From a bacterium (lineage in GTDB: Bacteria > Patescibacteriota > Minisyncoccia > UBA6257 > MFKM01), in NCBI GenBank assembly GCA_030693325.1, contig JAUYAV010000019.1:1324-65323 (forward strand): DNA of 64,000 nucleotides, read 5' to 3'. The translations under genes were made by a program, and so were the position numbers. Below the pieces are notes generated by a model. That model was not told the DNA's origin. It ran no database searches and saw only the letters and a program-made list of their open reading frames with translations. Of this stretch, positions 1-9,554 are shown piece after piece. Position 1 is the first letter of the stretch. Every line of letters starts with the position of its first letter.

Positions 1-744
1 CAACATCGCCAAGGTCTTAACGGCCACCTCTTCGTCAATTTTCCCGTGAGAATAAACCTCGGTGAAATCCCGCGCTCTTTTCAAAAGCCGGTTAGCCACC
101 CGGGGCGTGAAACGCGAAGCCCGCGCCAAAATTTTCAAAGCCGGCGTATCTAATTCCACTCCCAGTAACCGCGCCGAACGCTGGAGGATTTTTTCAACGT
201 TTTCTAAATTATAATAGTCCAGCTTAAAAGTCGCTCCGAAACGGGAACGAAAAGGATTGGAAAGCAAACTGACTCTGACAGTTGCTCCCACTAAAGTGAA
301 GGGCGGCAAATCCAGGGAAAAACTCCGGGCCGATGGGCCTTTGCCGATAATTAAATGAATCTTCCGGCTTTCCATCGCCGGATAAAAAATTTCTTCAATT
401 AATTTATTAACGCGGTGAATTTCGTCAATAAAAAGAATATCGTTTGGCTCCAAATTGGTTAAAATCGCCACCAAGTCGCCGGCTTTTTCCAAAGCCGGAC
501 CGGTGGTGGTTTTGATATTCGTGCCCATTTCTTTAGCCAGTAAATTAGCCAAAGTGGTTTTACCCAAACCCGCCTGGCCGTAAAAAAGCAGGTGGTCGCA
601 GACCTCGCCCCGCTTTCTGGCCGCATCCATAATCATTTTCAAATTCTTTTTGACATTTTCCTGACCGACATAATCAGACCAGCTTGTCGGCCGCAGAATC
701 AAATCAATATTTTTATCCTCGTGATTATTTTTTTCTTTAGTCAT
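1..744 (-). CDS. ruvB: Holliday junction branch-migration helicase RuvB (C-terminus cut by window edge)
   Basis: Minus-strand translation from ATG at 744: MTKEKNNHEDKNIDLILRPTSWSDYVGQENVKK...; Walker A GQAGLGKTTLA; FIDEIHRV motif. ORF runs off the window start. Confidence 0.9.
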   Translation of the reverse strand, partial: MTKEKNNHEDKNIDLILRPTSWSDYVGQENVKKNLKMIMDAARKRGEVCDHLLFYGQAGLGKTTLANLLAKEMGTNIKTTTGPALEKAGDLVAILTNLEPNDILFIDEIHRVNKLIEEIFYPAMESRKIHLIIGKGPSARSFSLDLPPFTLVGATVRVSLLSNPFRSRFGATFKLDYYNLENVEKILQRSARLLGVELDTPALKILARASRFTPRVANRLLKRARDFTEVYSHGKIDEEVAVKTLAML

Positions 745-747
745 GAT

Positions 748-815
748 ATTTTTGGTAATTAAGTAATTATTGTAATTACGGCAATTGTTTAATTACTTAT
801 TTACCTGATTACTCA
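748..815. repeat. Degenerate array of GTAATTAC-type palindromic 9-mers (intergenic ruvB/pilB)
   Basis: ggtaattaagtaattattgtaattacggcaattgtttaattacttatt... read directly. Confidence 0.6.
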
Positions 816-823
816 ATTACTTT

Positions 824-2524
824 TTAAAAAACCAACGGCCCGGTCAATTTTTCCACCTCTTCAAAAGTGGTCAAGCCGGAAAGAACTTTAATAATGCCGT
901 CCTGCTGCATGTTCACCATATCTTGTTCTTTGGTCAATTTTTGAAGGTCTAAATCCGTGACTTTTTCTGAAATCGCTCTCATCACTTCCGGGGTCATCAA
1001 GAACAATTCAAAAATACCAAGCCGCCCCTGATAACCCAAACCACCGCACCACTGACAGCCCTCGGCTTCAAAAATTTTTCCGCCAGAGGCGGATCCGCCT
1101 TGGGCGGAGAAATTATCAAAACTGCTTTTATCCACCCTTGCCGGCAATTGGCTGATAAATTTTTTAATTTTCTTGGCCAATAAATCATCAATTTTTGCCT
1201 CTTTTCTGCAAACCGGACAAAGTTTTCTGACCAAACGCTGAGCGATAATCAGATTAATGGAAGGCGAAATCACCGAGGGCTGAACGCCCAAGTCAATCAA
1301 GCGGGGAATAGCGCCCACTGCTTCGTTGGTGTGAAGCGTGGAGAAAACCAAATGACCGGTCAAAGCCGCGTGCATGGCGATCTGGGCGGTTTCCAAGTCG
1401 CGAATTTCGCCGACTAAAATAACATCCGGGTCCTGCCGCAAAATTGAACGCAGACCGTTGGAAAAATCATAACCGGCTTTAGGGTTAACCTGCGTCTGTT
1501 CAATTCCTTCAATATGATATTCTATCGGGTCTTCAATGGTAATAATTTTTATTTCCGGCTGATAAATTTTTTTGAGGAAAGCATAAAGAGTGGTAGTTTT
1601 ACCCGAGCCGGTCGGGCCGGTATTGAGAATCATTCCATTGGGACGCTTTAATTCTTTTCCGATAATTTCCAAATCGTCTTTTCGCAAACCCAGTTTTGCA
1701 AAATCAACTTTTATAATAGCGGGGTCTAAAATCCTCAAAACAATGGTTTCGCCGAACTCCGAGGGAATAATTGAAGTCCTGATTTCAATATCCACATTTT
1801 CCAAACCGATGGTGAAACGGCCGTCCTGCGGCTGGTCATGAATATTTAATTTCATTTTTGAAAGAAGTTTTATCCGGGAAACCAGCGCCAAATAAACAGA
1901 GGAAGATAAATCATATAAATCATAAAGCAAACCGTCTATCCGCAGCCGCAGTTTGGCGTTGGCCCGGGCCGGTTCAAAATGAATATCCGAAGCCCGGCTG
2001 ACGAAAGCGCCGGCTAAAATAATTTCCAAAATCTGGGAAATCTGCGGCTCTTTGAATTCCTGAAGCTGAATTTTAAATTTTTCAAGGTCGCTTATTTTTT
2101 TTGTTAATTCCTTTATTCTGTCGGAGGCAATTTCCACCTTGCCGGTGATTTCTTTAGCATCCGGAGTGACAAATTGATAAAAAGTCCAGGCGTAATTCAA
2201 ACTTTCCTGGGAAACAATAAATATTTCCGGTTCATAGCCGTCAATTTTTAATTTGGCAATTATTTTTTTGGCTTCGGAAGTATTCGGGTCAAAAACCGCC
2301 AAACTTAATTGTTTTTTCTTTAAAAGAAACGCGGCCAATTTGGCTTCCTCCGCTTCTTTGTTGTTTATCAAACGCAGGGCTTTGGTCTGAACCGGCACGG
2401 TCGCCAAACTGATATAAGAATAATTTAATTTAGTCGCCCGGCGCTGGGCTTCCCGCTCCTGGGCTTCGTGGCGCTCTTTGGCCAATATTTCCCCTAAATT
2501 AGAATTTTTTTGTTCCCCGATCAT
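824..2524 (-). CDS. pilB: Type IV pilus assembly / type II secretion ATPase (PilB/GspE family)
   Basis: 566 aa; Walker A GPTGSGKTTTLYA; N-terminal GspII-like region; C-terminal CPVC...CQWC tetracysteine zinc motif typical of GspE/PilB. Confidence 0.85.
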   Translation of the reverse strand: MIGEQKNSNLGEILAKERHEAQEREAQRRATKLNYSYISLATVPVQTKALRLINNKEAEEAKLAAFLLKKKQLSLAVFDPNTSEAKKIIAKLKIDGYEPEIFIVSQESLNYAWTFYQFVTPDAKEITGKVEIASDRIKELTKKISDLEKFKIQLQEFKEPQISQILEIILAGAFVSRASDIHFEPARANAKLRLRIDGLLYDLYDLSSSVYLALVSRIKLLSKMKLNIHDQPQDGRFTIGLENVDIEIRTSIIPSEFGETIVLRILDPAIIKVDFAKLGLRKDDLEIIGKELKRPNGMILNTGPTGSGKTTTLYAFLKKIYQPEIKIITIEDPIEYHIEGIEQTQVNPKAGYDFSNGLRSILRQDPDVILVGEIRDLETAQIAMHAALTGHLVFSTLHTNEAVGAIPRLIDLGVQPSVISPSINLIIAQRLVRKLCPVCRKEAKIDDLLAKKIKKFISQLPARVDKSSFDNFSAQGGSASGGKIFEAEGCQWCGGLGYQGRLGIFELFLMTPEVMRAISEKVTDLDLQKLTKEQDMVNMQQDGIIKVLSGLTTFEEVEKLTGPLVF

Positions 2525-2699
2525 TTTAATTATTATACTCCGACTCTTAATTAAATAAAAAGGGCAGAATTAACCTTGTTTTCTCGCCAATATATCTTAT
2601 TTCGCCCTTAATATTGACAAACTTCTAAAAATATGTATTATTATAGATAGGCTCTATATTAAGTTCATTTACATAAACCAATAAAAACGGAGGTGGAAA

Positions 2700-2954
2700 A
2701 TGAAAAAAACAGGTTTAATCCTTAGTTTCGTGTTTTTCGTATTAACGCTAAGCGGCTGCGCGATAACAATGGGGCGGCCTCAAAGTCCTTTAATAATAGA
2801 TTTCAAACAACCCGAGATAACGTTTTGGGGAAATCCTAATCCTTACCCTTACTGGTATGGATATTACCCAAATACTTATGTCGTGCAAAAAACATTAATT
2901 TACAGAAACTATGGAAACTATCGTCCCCGCCACTATCCGCGCCACAGGAGATGA
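2700..2954 (+). CDS. Small lipoprotein, Tyr/Pro-rich (hypothetical)
   Basis: Signal peptide with lipobox LTLSGC; NPNPYPYWYGYYP low-complexity core; followed by a hairpin terminator. Confidence 0.55.
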   Translation: MKKTGLILSFVFFVLTLSGCAITMGRPQSPLIIDFKQPEITFWGNPNPYPYWYGYYPNTYVVQKTLIYRNYGNYRPRHYPRHRR

Positions 2955-2976
2955 CATCTCCGACAAAATCAATTTA

Positions 2977-3010
2977 CCCCGACTCAATTTAACGAGTCGG
3001 GGTTTTTATT
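2977..3010 (+). terminator. Rho-independent terminator
   Basis: ccccgactc-aatttaac-gagtcgggg followed by tttttatttt. Confidence 0.7.
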
Positions 3011-3058
3011 TTGAATAGATATTTTTGCGCTTTCGCTTAAAATTTATATAATTATGGC

Positions 3059-3583
3059 ATGTCAGGACATTCTCACTCTAAAACCATAAAACACGAAAAA
3101 AATGCCACCGACCAAAACCGCGGCCGGTTGTTCTCAAAATTGCTTAATGCGGTGGCAATTGCCGCCCGAGAAGAACCCAATCCCCAATTCAATCCCCGGT
3201 TGCGGACCACTATTGAAAAAGCCCGCCAAAACAATGTTCCCCAGGAAAATATTGAACGGGCGGTCAAACGCGCTTCGGAAGATAAAACTCTGGAAGAATT
3301 GATTATCGGCGCCTATGGCCCGGAAGGAGTCGCGGTTTTAGTTGAGGCCATCACTGATAATAAAAACCGCACCATCCCTGAAATAAAAAAAATCCTCAGC
3401 GACCATGATGCTAAGTTTACCGAGCCGGAAAGCGTTCTTTGGGCTTTTGAAAACAAAGACGGTCAATGGCAAGCCAAATTCAAACAACCGGTTTCCGAGG
3501 AAAGTAAAAACAAAATAAACGAACTTATTGAGACGCTGGAAGAGCAAGATGATGTTCAAAAAATAATAACGAATAGTAATTGA
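3059..3583 (+). CDS. yebC: YebC/PmpR-family DNA-binding regulatory protein (short form)
   Basis: N-terminus MSGHSHSKTIKHEKNATDQNRGRLFSKL matches the YebC signature MAGHSKWANIKHRK...RGKIFTKL. Only 174 aa, shorter than the canonical ~240. Sits immediately upstream of ruvC as in many bacteria. Confidence 0.75.
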   Translation: MSGHSHSKTIKHEKNATDQNRGRLFSKLLNAVAIAAREEPNPQFNPRLRTTIEKARQNNVPQENIERAVKRASEDKTLEELIIGAYGPEGVAVLVEAITDNKNRTIPEIKKILSDHDAKFTEPESVLWAFENKDGQWQAKFKQPVSEESKNKINELIETLEEQDDVQKIITNSN

Positions 3584-3627
3584 GTAATTGGGTAATTACT
3601 GTAATTACGGTAATTACTTAATTACTA
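3577..3627. repeat. GTAATTAC palindromic 9-mer array (yebC/ruvC spacer)
   Basis: tagtaattgagtaattgggtaattactgtaattacggtaattacttaattact. Confidence 0.7.
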
Positions 3628-3636
3628 AAATTTTCT

Positions 3637-4137
3637 ATGAAAATTTTAGGTATTGACCCCGGCAGTACTCGCATCGGTTACGGCTTAATTGATAAAAAGG
3701 GAAGTGATTTAAAATTTCTTAAAGCCGGCCTTTTAAAAATTTCATCTACAAACAAAAACCAGCGATTACTGGACTTGGAAAATTCATTTACTCAACTGCT
3801 TAAAAAAGAAAAACCTGACTTAGTCGCCTTGGAAAAACTTTATTTTGCCAAAAATCTAAAGACCGCCCTGGAAGTCAGCCAGTCGCGGGGAGTTTTGATT
3901 TTGATAATTTTAAAAAATAAACTGCCGCTGATTGAAATCTCTCCTTCCGAAGCCAAGCTGATAGTCGCCGGCGACGGCCGGGCCTCAAAAGAAGCCGTCG
4001 CTAAAATGGTTGGCCATTGTTTAAAAATTAATACCGCCAAACAAATTGATGATATTACCGACGCGCTCGCTTTAGCGATCGCCGCCGTCAATATTTACCG
4101 CAATTCCCTGCGGGGGTTGACCCCGTTAGAAGTCTAA
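3637..4137 (+). CDS. ruvC: Holliday junction resolvase RuvC
   Basis: MKILGIDPGSTRIGYGLID... RuvC N-terminal catalytic-Asp motif; 166 aa. The last codons and the stop lie inside a repeat element. Confidence 0.85.
   Translation: MKILGIDPGSTRIGYGLIDKKGSDLKFLKAGLLKISSTNKNQRLLDLENSFTQLLKKEKPDLVALEKLYFAKNLKTALEVSQSRGVLILIILKNKLPLIEISPSEAKLIVAGDGRASKEAVAKMVGHCLKINTAKQIDDITDALALAIAAVNIYRNSLRGLTPLEV
4112..4136. repeat. Inverted-repeat element arm GGGGGTTGACCCCGTTAGAAGTCTA
   Basis: Identical 25-mer at 38042..38066; partners at 4219..4236 and 4290..4311 in opposite orientation. Confidence 0.8.
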
Positions 4138-4289
4138 CTTAATCTGATGTAGCATAAAATAAATATTTAGATATAATTTAAGATTAATCCTAATAAATGC
4201 CAAGTATAAAAATTTAATAAACCCCGTTAGAAAGAGTAAGAATTTAAGTCTATCCGTCCTTTCCGAAAACAGAGCTATAAACTGAAAAA

Positions 4290-4331
4290 CTTTCTAACGG
4301 GGGTTGACAGGCGCTAGTTTATTAATATAAT
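4290..4331 (+). promoter_or_regulatory. Repeat arm CTTTCTAACGGGGGTTGACAGG carrying a sigma70-like promoter (TTGACA-16-TATAAT)
   Basis: TTGACA at 4304..4309, 16-nt spacer, TATAAT at 4326..4331, about 38 nt upstream of the ATG at 4370. Confidence 0.6.
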
Positions 4332-4369
4332 GACCGCAAAGAATAAAGGTCGTTAAAATTTTAAAACAT

Positions 4370-4489
4370 ATGGCCGAAGATATTTGCCCGGAATGCGGCA
4401 ACACATTAGCAAACAACTCCTGCCCTGTTTGCGGCTTTGAAAAAGAAACAGAGAAAGAAGAGCCAGTAGAAACCCAGGAGGCAGAATAA
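4370..4489 (+). CDS. Small zinc-ribbon protein (39 aa, CxxC...CxxC)
   Basis: MAEDICPECGNTLANNSCPVCGFEKETEKEEPVETQEAE. Not in the ORF track because it is short. Preceded by a consensus promoter and followed by a hairpin. Confidence 0.5.
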   Translation: MAEDICPECGNTLANNSCPVCGFEKETEKEEPVETQEAE

Positions 4490-4511
4490 TAAAAAAGAAT
4501 CAGGGACCAAG

Positions 4512-4560
4512 CCCCGTAGGTACCTTCCAAGCAGGACTACGGGGTAAGTTTTATAAAATG
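4512..4560. terminator. Hairpin between convergent small ORF and tyrS
   Basis: ccccgtag ... ctacgggg stem followed by taagtttt; overlaps the tyrS stop. Confidence 0.4.
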
Positions 4561-5709
4561 ATGCTTCCCTGCTTTTAAGATACTGGGTTTGTTGATAGAA
4601 ATTTTTTGACGCCAATCTTTAACGGTTTGGCCGTCTAAAGAAACCGCCCCCTGCTCAATTAATCGCTGGGCATCGGAAAGAGATTTAGCTAAATCGCATT
4701 TAACTAACAACTCTTTGGCCCCGATTGAGCAAGGGGTTATTTTTATGGTTTTGATTTGACTTGGGGGTTCTCCCTCTCTAAAAACTTTGATAAATTCTTC
4801 CTGGGCTTGGCCGGCTGTTTTATCTCCGTGATAAAATTTAACGATTTCCCGGGCTAATCTCAATTTTTGGTCTCGGGGGTTAAGACTGGCAATCTCTTCT
4901 TGCGACACATCGGTAAGTAATTCAAAATATCTGCTCATAATCTTATCCGGGATAGACATAATTTTTCCAAACATTTTAAACGGATCTTCGGTCAAGCCAA
5001 TATAATTATCGGAACTTTTACTCATTTTTTTTATCCCATCAATTCCCTCCAGTAAAGGCACCGTAATAATATCTTGCTCCGGCTGATTAAATTTCTGCTG
5101 GACTTTGCGGCCCATCAGCAGATTAAATTTTTGGTCTGTTCCTCCAATTTCCACGTCTGCCTTGAGTTCAACAGAGTCATAGCCCTGCAAAAGGGGATAA
5201 ATCAACTCTAAAAGGCTTATATCGGCTTTCGCTTCTATTCGGCGCTGGAATTCTTCTCTTTCAATTAATTGGGCGTAAGTAAAACGGGAAGTAATTTTAA
5301 CAACGAAATCCATTCCTTTTTTGGCATACCATTCGCTGTTGTAACGGATTTCAACTTTTTTTATATCTAAAATTTTAGCGGCCTGTTGGATATAATCCGC
5401 CATATTTTTTTGAACCTCGGCTTTCGTTAATGGTTTCCGGGCGTTGGCTCTGCCAGACGGATCGCCGATCATCGCCGTGAAATCGCCCACCAAAAGAATA
5501 ACCTGGTGGCCTAAATCCTGAAATTGTTTTAATTTCAAAAGAGAAACACTATGGCCCAAATGAAAATCTGGTGAAGTCGGGTCAATGCCGAATTTTACTC
5601 TCAATTTCGCTCCGGATTTTAATTTCTCTTCTAAGTGTTTTTTTAGAATCACCTCTTCCACTCCTTTGGTCAGTAAATTTTTAACTTTGTCCTCTAATTT
5701 ATCTTTCAT
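4537..5709 (-). CDS. tyrS: Tyrosyl-tRNA synthetase
   Basis: HIGH-type motif DFHLGH and KMSKS motif (KMSKSS); C-terminal S4-like region. Confidence 0.9.
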   Translation of the reverse strand: MKDKLEDKVKNLLTKGVEEVILKKHLEEKLKSGAKLRVKFGIDPTSPDFHLGHSVSLLKLKQFQDLGHQVILLVGDFTAMIGDPSGRANARKPLTKAEVQKNMADYIQQAAKILDIKKVEIRYNSEWYAKKGMDFVVKITSRFTYAQLIEREEFQRRIEAKADISLLELIYPLLQGYDSVELKADVEIGGTDQKFNLLMGRKVQQKFNQPEQDIITVPLLEGIDGIKKMSKSSDNYIGLTEDPFKMFGKIMSIPDKIMSRYFELLTDVSQEEIASLNPRDQKLRLAREIVKFYHGDKTAGQAQEEFIKVFREGEPPSQIKTIKITPCSIGAKELLVKCDLAKSLSDAQRLIEQGAVSLDGQTVKDWRQKISINKPSILKAGKHHFIKLTP

Positions 5710-5746
5710 TTTATTATTGTTATTATTAACAATAATAACACAACAA

Positions 5747-8212
5747 ATGAAGCCAAAAAAGAAAAAAATTATAAAAATATTCGGTTTGACAACGCTGGTT
5801 GTTTTAGTTTTAGCGGCAACCGGTTTAATATACCTGTCTTCGCTGATAAAAAATTTACCAGTTTTAGACCAAATCAGCGACTACCAACTGGCCCAGTCAA
5901 CTCAAATTTACGACCGGACAGGCAAAGTCCTGCTCTACGAAATCCACGGTCAGGAGAAAAGGACGGTCATTCCTTTTGAAGAAATCCCTGATTATGTCAA
6001 AAAAGCGACTATCGCTATTGAAGACCACGGTTTTTACAACCATCCTGCTTTTGACCTTAAAGCCATTGTCCGGGCCCTTTTTAATAATTTAATTCATGGC
6101 CAATCCAAGGGCGCATCCACTATTACCCAGCAATTAGCCAAAAATGCTTTCCTTTCGCCGGAAAAAACAATTCAAAGAAAAATAAAAGAACTCGCCTTGG
6201 CCATTGAGTTGGAGCGTTATTACGCCAAAGACGAAATTTTAACTTTTTATCTTAACCAAATCCCTTACGGCTCAAATATTTACGGCATTGAAGCCGCCGC
6301 CCAGGCCTATTTCGGCAAACCAGCCAAAGAACTTGACTTAGCCGAAGCCGCCGTTTTGGCCGCCGCGATCCAGGCGCCCAGTTATTATTCTCCCTGGGGT
6401 TCTCGTTTGGACGAACTTAAAAAACGCCAAGAACTTGTTTTGGACGAAATGTTAAAACAGGGTTTTATTGATGCCGGGCAAAAAGAACAAGCCATAAAAA
6501 CCAAACTGGTTTTCGCCTCTCCGTCTCTTAGCGGCATTAAAGCCCCGCATTTTGTTATGGAAGTGAAAGAATATCTGGTCAACCGCTACGGAGAAGAAAT
6601 GGTCCAAAAAGGCGGTTTAAAAGTTATCACGACACTTAATTACGAACTGCAGAAATCAGCGGAAACAGCGGTGACTGAAGGCGCCCAACGCAATGATACT
6701 CTCTATAAGGGAAAGAACGCCGCCTTGGTGGCTCAAGACGCTAAAACAGGCCAAATTTTAGCGCTGGTTGGCTCTCGCAACTATTATGATATTGAGAACG
6801 AGGGCAACTTTAATGTCGCTACCCAGGGCCTGCGCCAGCCCGGTTCCGCGCTCAAGCCCTTCGTTTATCTGACCGCTTTTGAAAGGGGGTATACTCCGGA
6901 CACGATATTATTTGATGTGCCTACTGAATTTACCGCCAACAATCCACTCTGTCCCGCGATAGTTGATTTCAACAATGAGAATCCGGTTTGTTTTCATCCT
7001 CGTAATTTCGATAAACAATTCCGTGGTCCGGTTGATTTAAAAAATGCCCTAGCTCAATCAATCAACATACCTGCGGTCAAGATGCTTTACCTGTCCGGTT
7101 TGGATAATGTTGTAAAAACTCTTCACAATTTCGGCATCACCACCTTGACCGATCCCCGGCGTTACGGCTTATCGCTGGTTTTAGGCGGCGGCGAAGTCAA
7201 GCTTATAGATTTAGTTGAGGCCTATTCCGTTTTAAGCCAGGAAGGGATCAAACATCCCCAGACCATAATTTTGGAAGTTAAAGACAGTAATGGAAAAATT
7301 CTGGAAGAATATCAAGACCGAAGTACAAAAATCGTTGATCCGCTTTATCCGCAATTAATAAACAATATTCTTTCCGACAAGGATTTGCGCCAGCCGCTTT
7401 TTTCTTCCAGTTTGAATCTCACGGTTTTCCCAGACCAGGAAGTCGCCTTGAAAACGGGAACCAGCAACAACTTCCACGATGCCTGGGCTTTGGGCTACAC
7501 CCCCTCTTTTGTGGTCGGGGTTTGGGCCGGAAATAATAATAATGCCCCGATGCAACAGCAAGCCGGCAGTATTCTGGCTGCCGTTCCTATCTGGCACGCT
7601 TTTATGGAAGAGATTTTAAAAAATGCGACCACTACCGAAACCTTCACCCGGCCGTATTCGATTTCAGCCGAAAAACCCATTCTCCGCGGCGAAGCCGTTA
7701 TTAACTATCAAGTCAATGGCGTGGAATATCCTCAAATTCATGACATTCTTTATTATATAGACAAAAACAACCCCCAAGGGCCAATCCCTCAAAACCCCCA
7801 AGACGATCCGCAATTTCAAAACTGGGAAGAAGAATTAATGGAATGGTTGAAACAGAATCTTCCGGATTTCAGCCGTTATAATCAAACGCCGCCGGGGTTA
7901 ACCCAGAATTCCAATACCGGACAAAATTCCAAACTGGAAATTGCCGCCTTTTCGCCTAATAATGGGGATTTCGTGAAAGACGCGATAAATATTAAGGCCA
8001 CAATAAAATCAGATGTTAATCTGGATAAAATTGAACTCTATTTTAATAATCAATTAATTGACCGCAAAAGTCCGGGGTCTCTTGGAGTATATGAATACCA
8101 ATACCAAATTGCCAATCAAAAATTTGATCTCCAAAATTCTCTTAAAATAAAAGTCAGTGATGTTTACGGAAATTCCGCCGAAAAAGAAGTAATAGTTTTT
8201 CAATTACTGTAA
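5747..8212 (+). CDS. Class A penicillin-binding protein (glycosyltransferase + transpeptidase) with C-terminal Ig-like extension
   Basis: Start moved to the in-frame ATG at 5747 (MKPKKKKIIKIFGLTTLVVL... TM anchor); the upstream part of the track ORF overlaps divergent tyrS. GT51 motifs (EDHGFYNH, QQLAKN); transpeptidase motif SALKP (Ser-x-x-Lys). Confidence 0.85.
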   Translation: MKPKKKKIIKIFGLTTLVVLVLAATGLIYLSSLIKNLPVLDQISDYQLAQSTQIYDRTGKVLLYEIHGQEKRTVIPFEEIPDYVKKATIAIEDHGFYNHPAFDLKAIVRALFNNLIHGQSKGASTITQQLAKNAFLSPEKTIQRKIKELALAIELERYYAKDEILTFYLNQIPYGSNIYGIEAAAQAYFGKPAKELDLAEAAVLAAAIQAPSYYSPWGSRLDELKKRQELVLDEMLKQGFIDAGQKEQAIKTKLVFASPSLSGIKAPHFVMEVKEYLVNRYGEEMVQKGGLKVITTLNYELQKSAETAVTEGAQRNDTLYKGKNAALVAQDAKTGQILALVGSRNYYDIENEGNFNVATQGLRQPGSALKPFVYLTAFERGYTPDTILFDVPTEFTANNPLCPAIVDFNNENPVCFHPRNFDKQFRGPVDLKNALAQSINIPAVKMLYLSGLDNVVKTLHNFGITTLTDPRRYGLSLVLGGGEVKLIDLVEAYSVLSQEGIKHPQTIILEVKDSNGKILEEYQDRSTKIVDPLYPQLINNILSDKDLRQPLFSSSLNLTVFPDQEVALKTGTSNNFHDAWALGYTPSFVVGVWAGNNNNAPMQQQAGSILAAVPIWHAFMEEILKNATTTETFTRPYSISAEKPILRGEAVINYQVNGVEYPQIHDILYYIDKNNPQGPIPQNPQDDPQFQNWEEELMEWLKQNLPDFSRYNQTPPGLTQNSNTGQNSKLEIAAFSPNNGDFVKDAINIKATIKSDVNLDKIELYFNNQLIDRKSPGSLGVYEYQYQIANQKFDLQNSLKIKVSDVYGNSAEKEVIVFQLL

Positions 8213-8240
8213 TTACGGTAATTACGGTAATTACGGTAAT
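8202..8240. repeat. GTAATTAC palindromic 9-mer array (PBP/dnaN spacer; includes PBP stop codon)
   Basis: caattactgtaattacggtaattacggtaattacggtaatt. Confidence 0.8.
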
Positions 8241-8241
8241 T

Positions 8242-9351
8242 TTAAGCCCTGATCGGCATCAGAATATAAAACCAATTTTTGTCAGCCGGAGACTTAACCA
8301 CCGCCGGTTGATTGTCATTATTGAATCCCAGGATAATTTCTTTGTCCTCCAATGATTTCAGCCCGTCAAGCAAATACCGGCCATTAAATGAAATATCCAG
8401 ATTATGCCCGTTAATTTTAGCCGGCAATAAATAATGGTTTTCCCCCACGGCGCTATCGGCGGAATAAATTTCCAAAAATTTTTTATTTTCTCCGATTTTT
8501 AATTTTATCTCGTTGACCCTGCCGGAAAAAATACTGGTCAATTTTAAAGCATTCACTAATTCGCTTTTATTAATCACTAATTCGCTTTTAAGCTCCTGAG
8601 GGATAATGCTTTGATAATCGGGAAATTTTCCTTCTATCAACCGCGAAATAATTTCCAATTCCCCTGTTTTGAAAAGTATCTGGTTTTGGTTTATAGAAAT
8701 ATCCAATTCGCTGTCATTAGGGACTGTTTTTAAAATCTCTTGAAGAGTTTTTAGGGGAATTATAATTTCAAACCCTTCTTCAAAATTACTTTTAAATTGG
8801 TCGGCGGAAATAATTTTCTCCGATAATCTAAAACTATCCGTGCCGGTCAATTTTAGATAATCAAGCTGATAACTAAATAAACACCCGTTGATTTCCGGCC
8901 GAATTTCAGAATACTGAATACTATTAATAATTTTTAATAAGGCTGATTTAAAAATCCCTGAATTTATTTTTATAAATTTATCAGTGTGGTTGATCTTTGG
9001 AATAATCGGAAAATCCTCGGGATTCAACCCTTGAATAGTCGCTTCGTAATTATCGGTTTTTATTAATAAATTAAAATCTTTATTTTCTAAGGTAATTCTC
9101 TCAGTTGTTAAATTATTGACGATATTGGAAAAAATATTTAAAGGGACCGTTATTAAGCCGCCTTCTATGATTTTCCCGGGCGCCCGATAATTAACCGCTA
9201 ATTCCAAATTAGTGCCCGAAAAATTAATTTTATTATCCTCGCTCTTAATGAGAATATTTTTTAAAATCGGCAAATTTAAGTTATCCCCAATTGCGCCCTC
9301 AATAGAACGCAATGCTTCTTTTAAATTATTATTTAATATAATTAATCTCAT
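8242..9351 (-). CDS. dnaN: DNA polymerase III beta sliding clamp
   Basis: 369 aa with three-domain length; MRLIILNNNLKEALRSIEGAIG...; directly downstream of dnaA. Confidence 0.85.
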   Translation of the reverse strand: MRLIILNNNLKEALRSIEGAIGDNLNLPILKNILIKSEDNKINFSGTNLELAVNYRAPGKIIEGGLITVPLNIFSNIVNNLTTERITLENKDFNLLIKTDNYEATIQGLNPEDFPIIPKINHTDKFIKINSGIFKSALLKIINSIQYSEIRPEINGCLFSYQLDYLKLTGTDSFRLSEKIISADQFKSNFEEGFEIIIPLKTLQEILKTVPNDSELDISINQNQILFKTGELEIISRLIEGKFPDYQSIIPQELKSELVINKSELVNALKLTSIFSGRVNEIKLKIGENKKFLEIYSADSAVGENHYLLPAKINGHNLDISFNGRYLLDGLKSLEDKEIILGFNNDNQPAVVKSPADKNWFYILMPIRA

Positions 9352-9554
9352 AATAGTAGTAGTGTTGGTTTAATTTGTGGAAATATTATTTTTTTTGTTT
9401 CTAAATATAGATTTTTACTTAAAATAACTTGTGGAAATTTATTGGAAAACCGGGGATAAAATAAATTATTTTTTTCCGCCCGCCGGCGGATATATTTTTT
9501 TATCCTCTTTTTATTAAGTTAATATTAACAATAAATTCACAACTTATCCAGATA
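9352..9554. promoter_or_regulatory. AT-rich dnaA-dnaN spacer with DnaA-box-like motifs (candidate oriC part)
   Basis: tttgtggaaat (x2; reverse complement ATTTCCACA), cacaacTTATCCAGA, ggggataaaat; strongly AT-rich. Confidence 0.5.

Noticed and set aside
5585-5746. 5' extension of the PBP ORF (MPNFTLNFAPDF...)
   Set aside because: It overlaps the divergent tyrS coding region. A TM-anchor start, MKPKKKK, at 5747 is the credible initiation site.
8202-8240. GTAATTAC arrays as CRISPR repeats
   Set aside because: The period is 9 bp with no unique spacers, and the arrays are scattered singly at gene junctions. No cas genes are present; the Cas2-fold in the PaaX-like protein is a regulatory domain.
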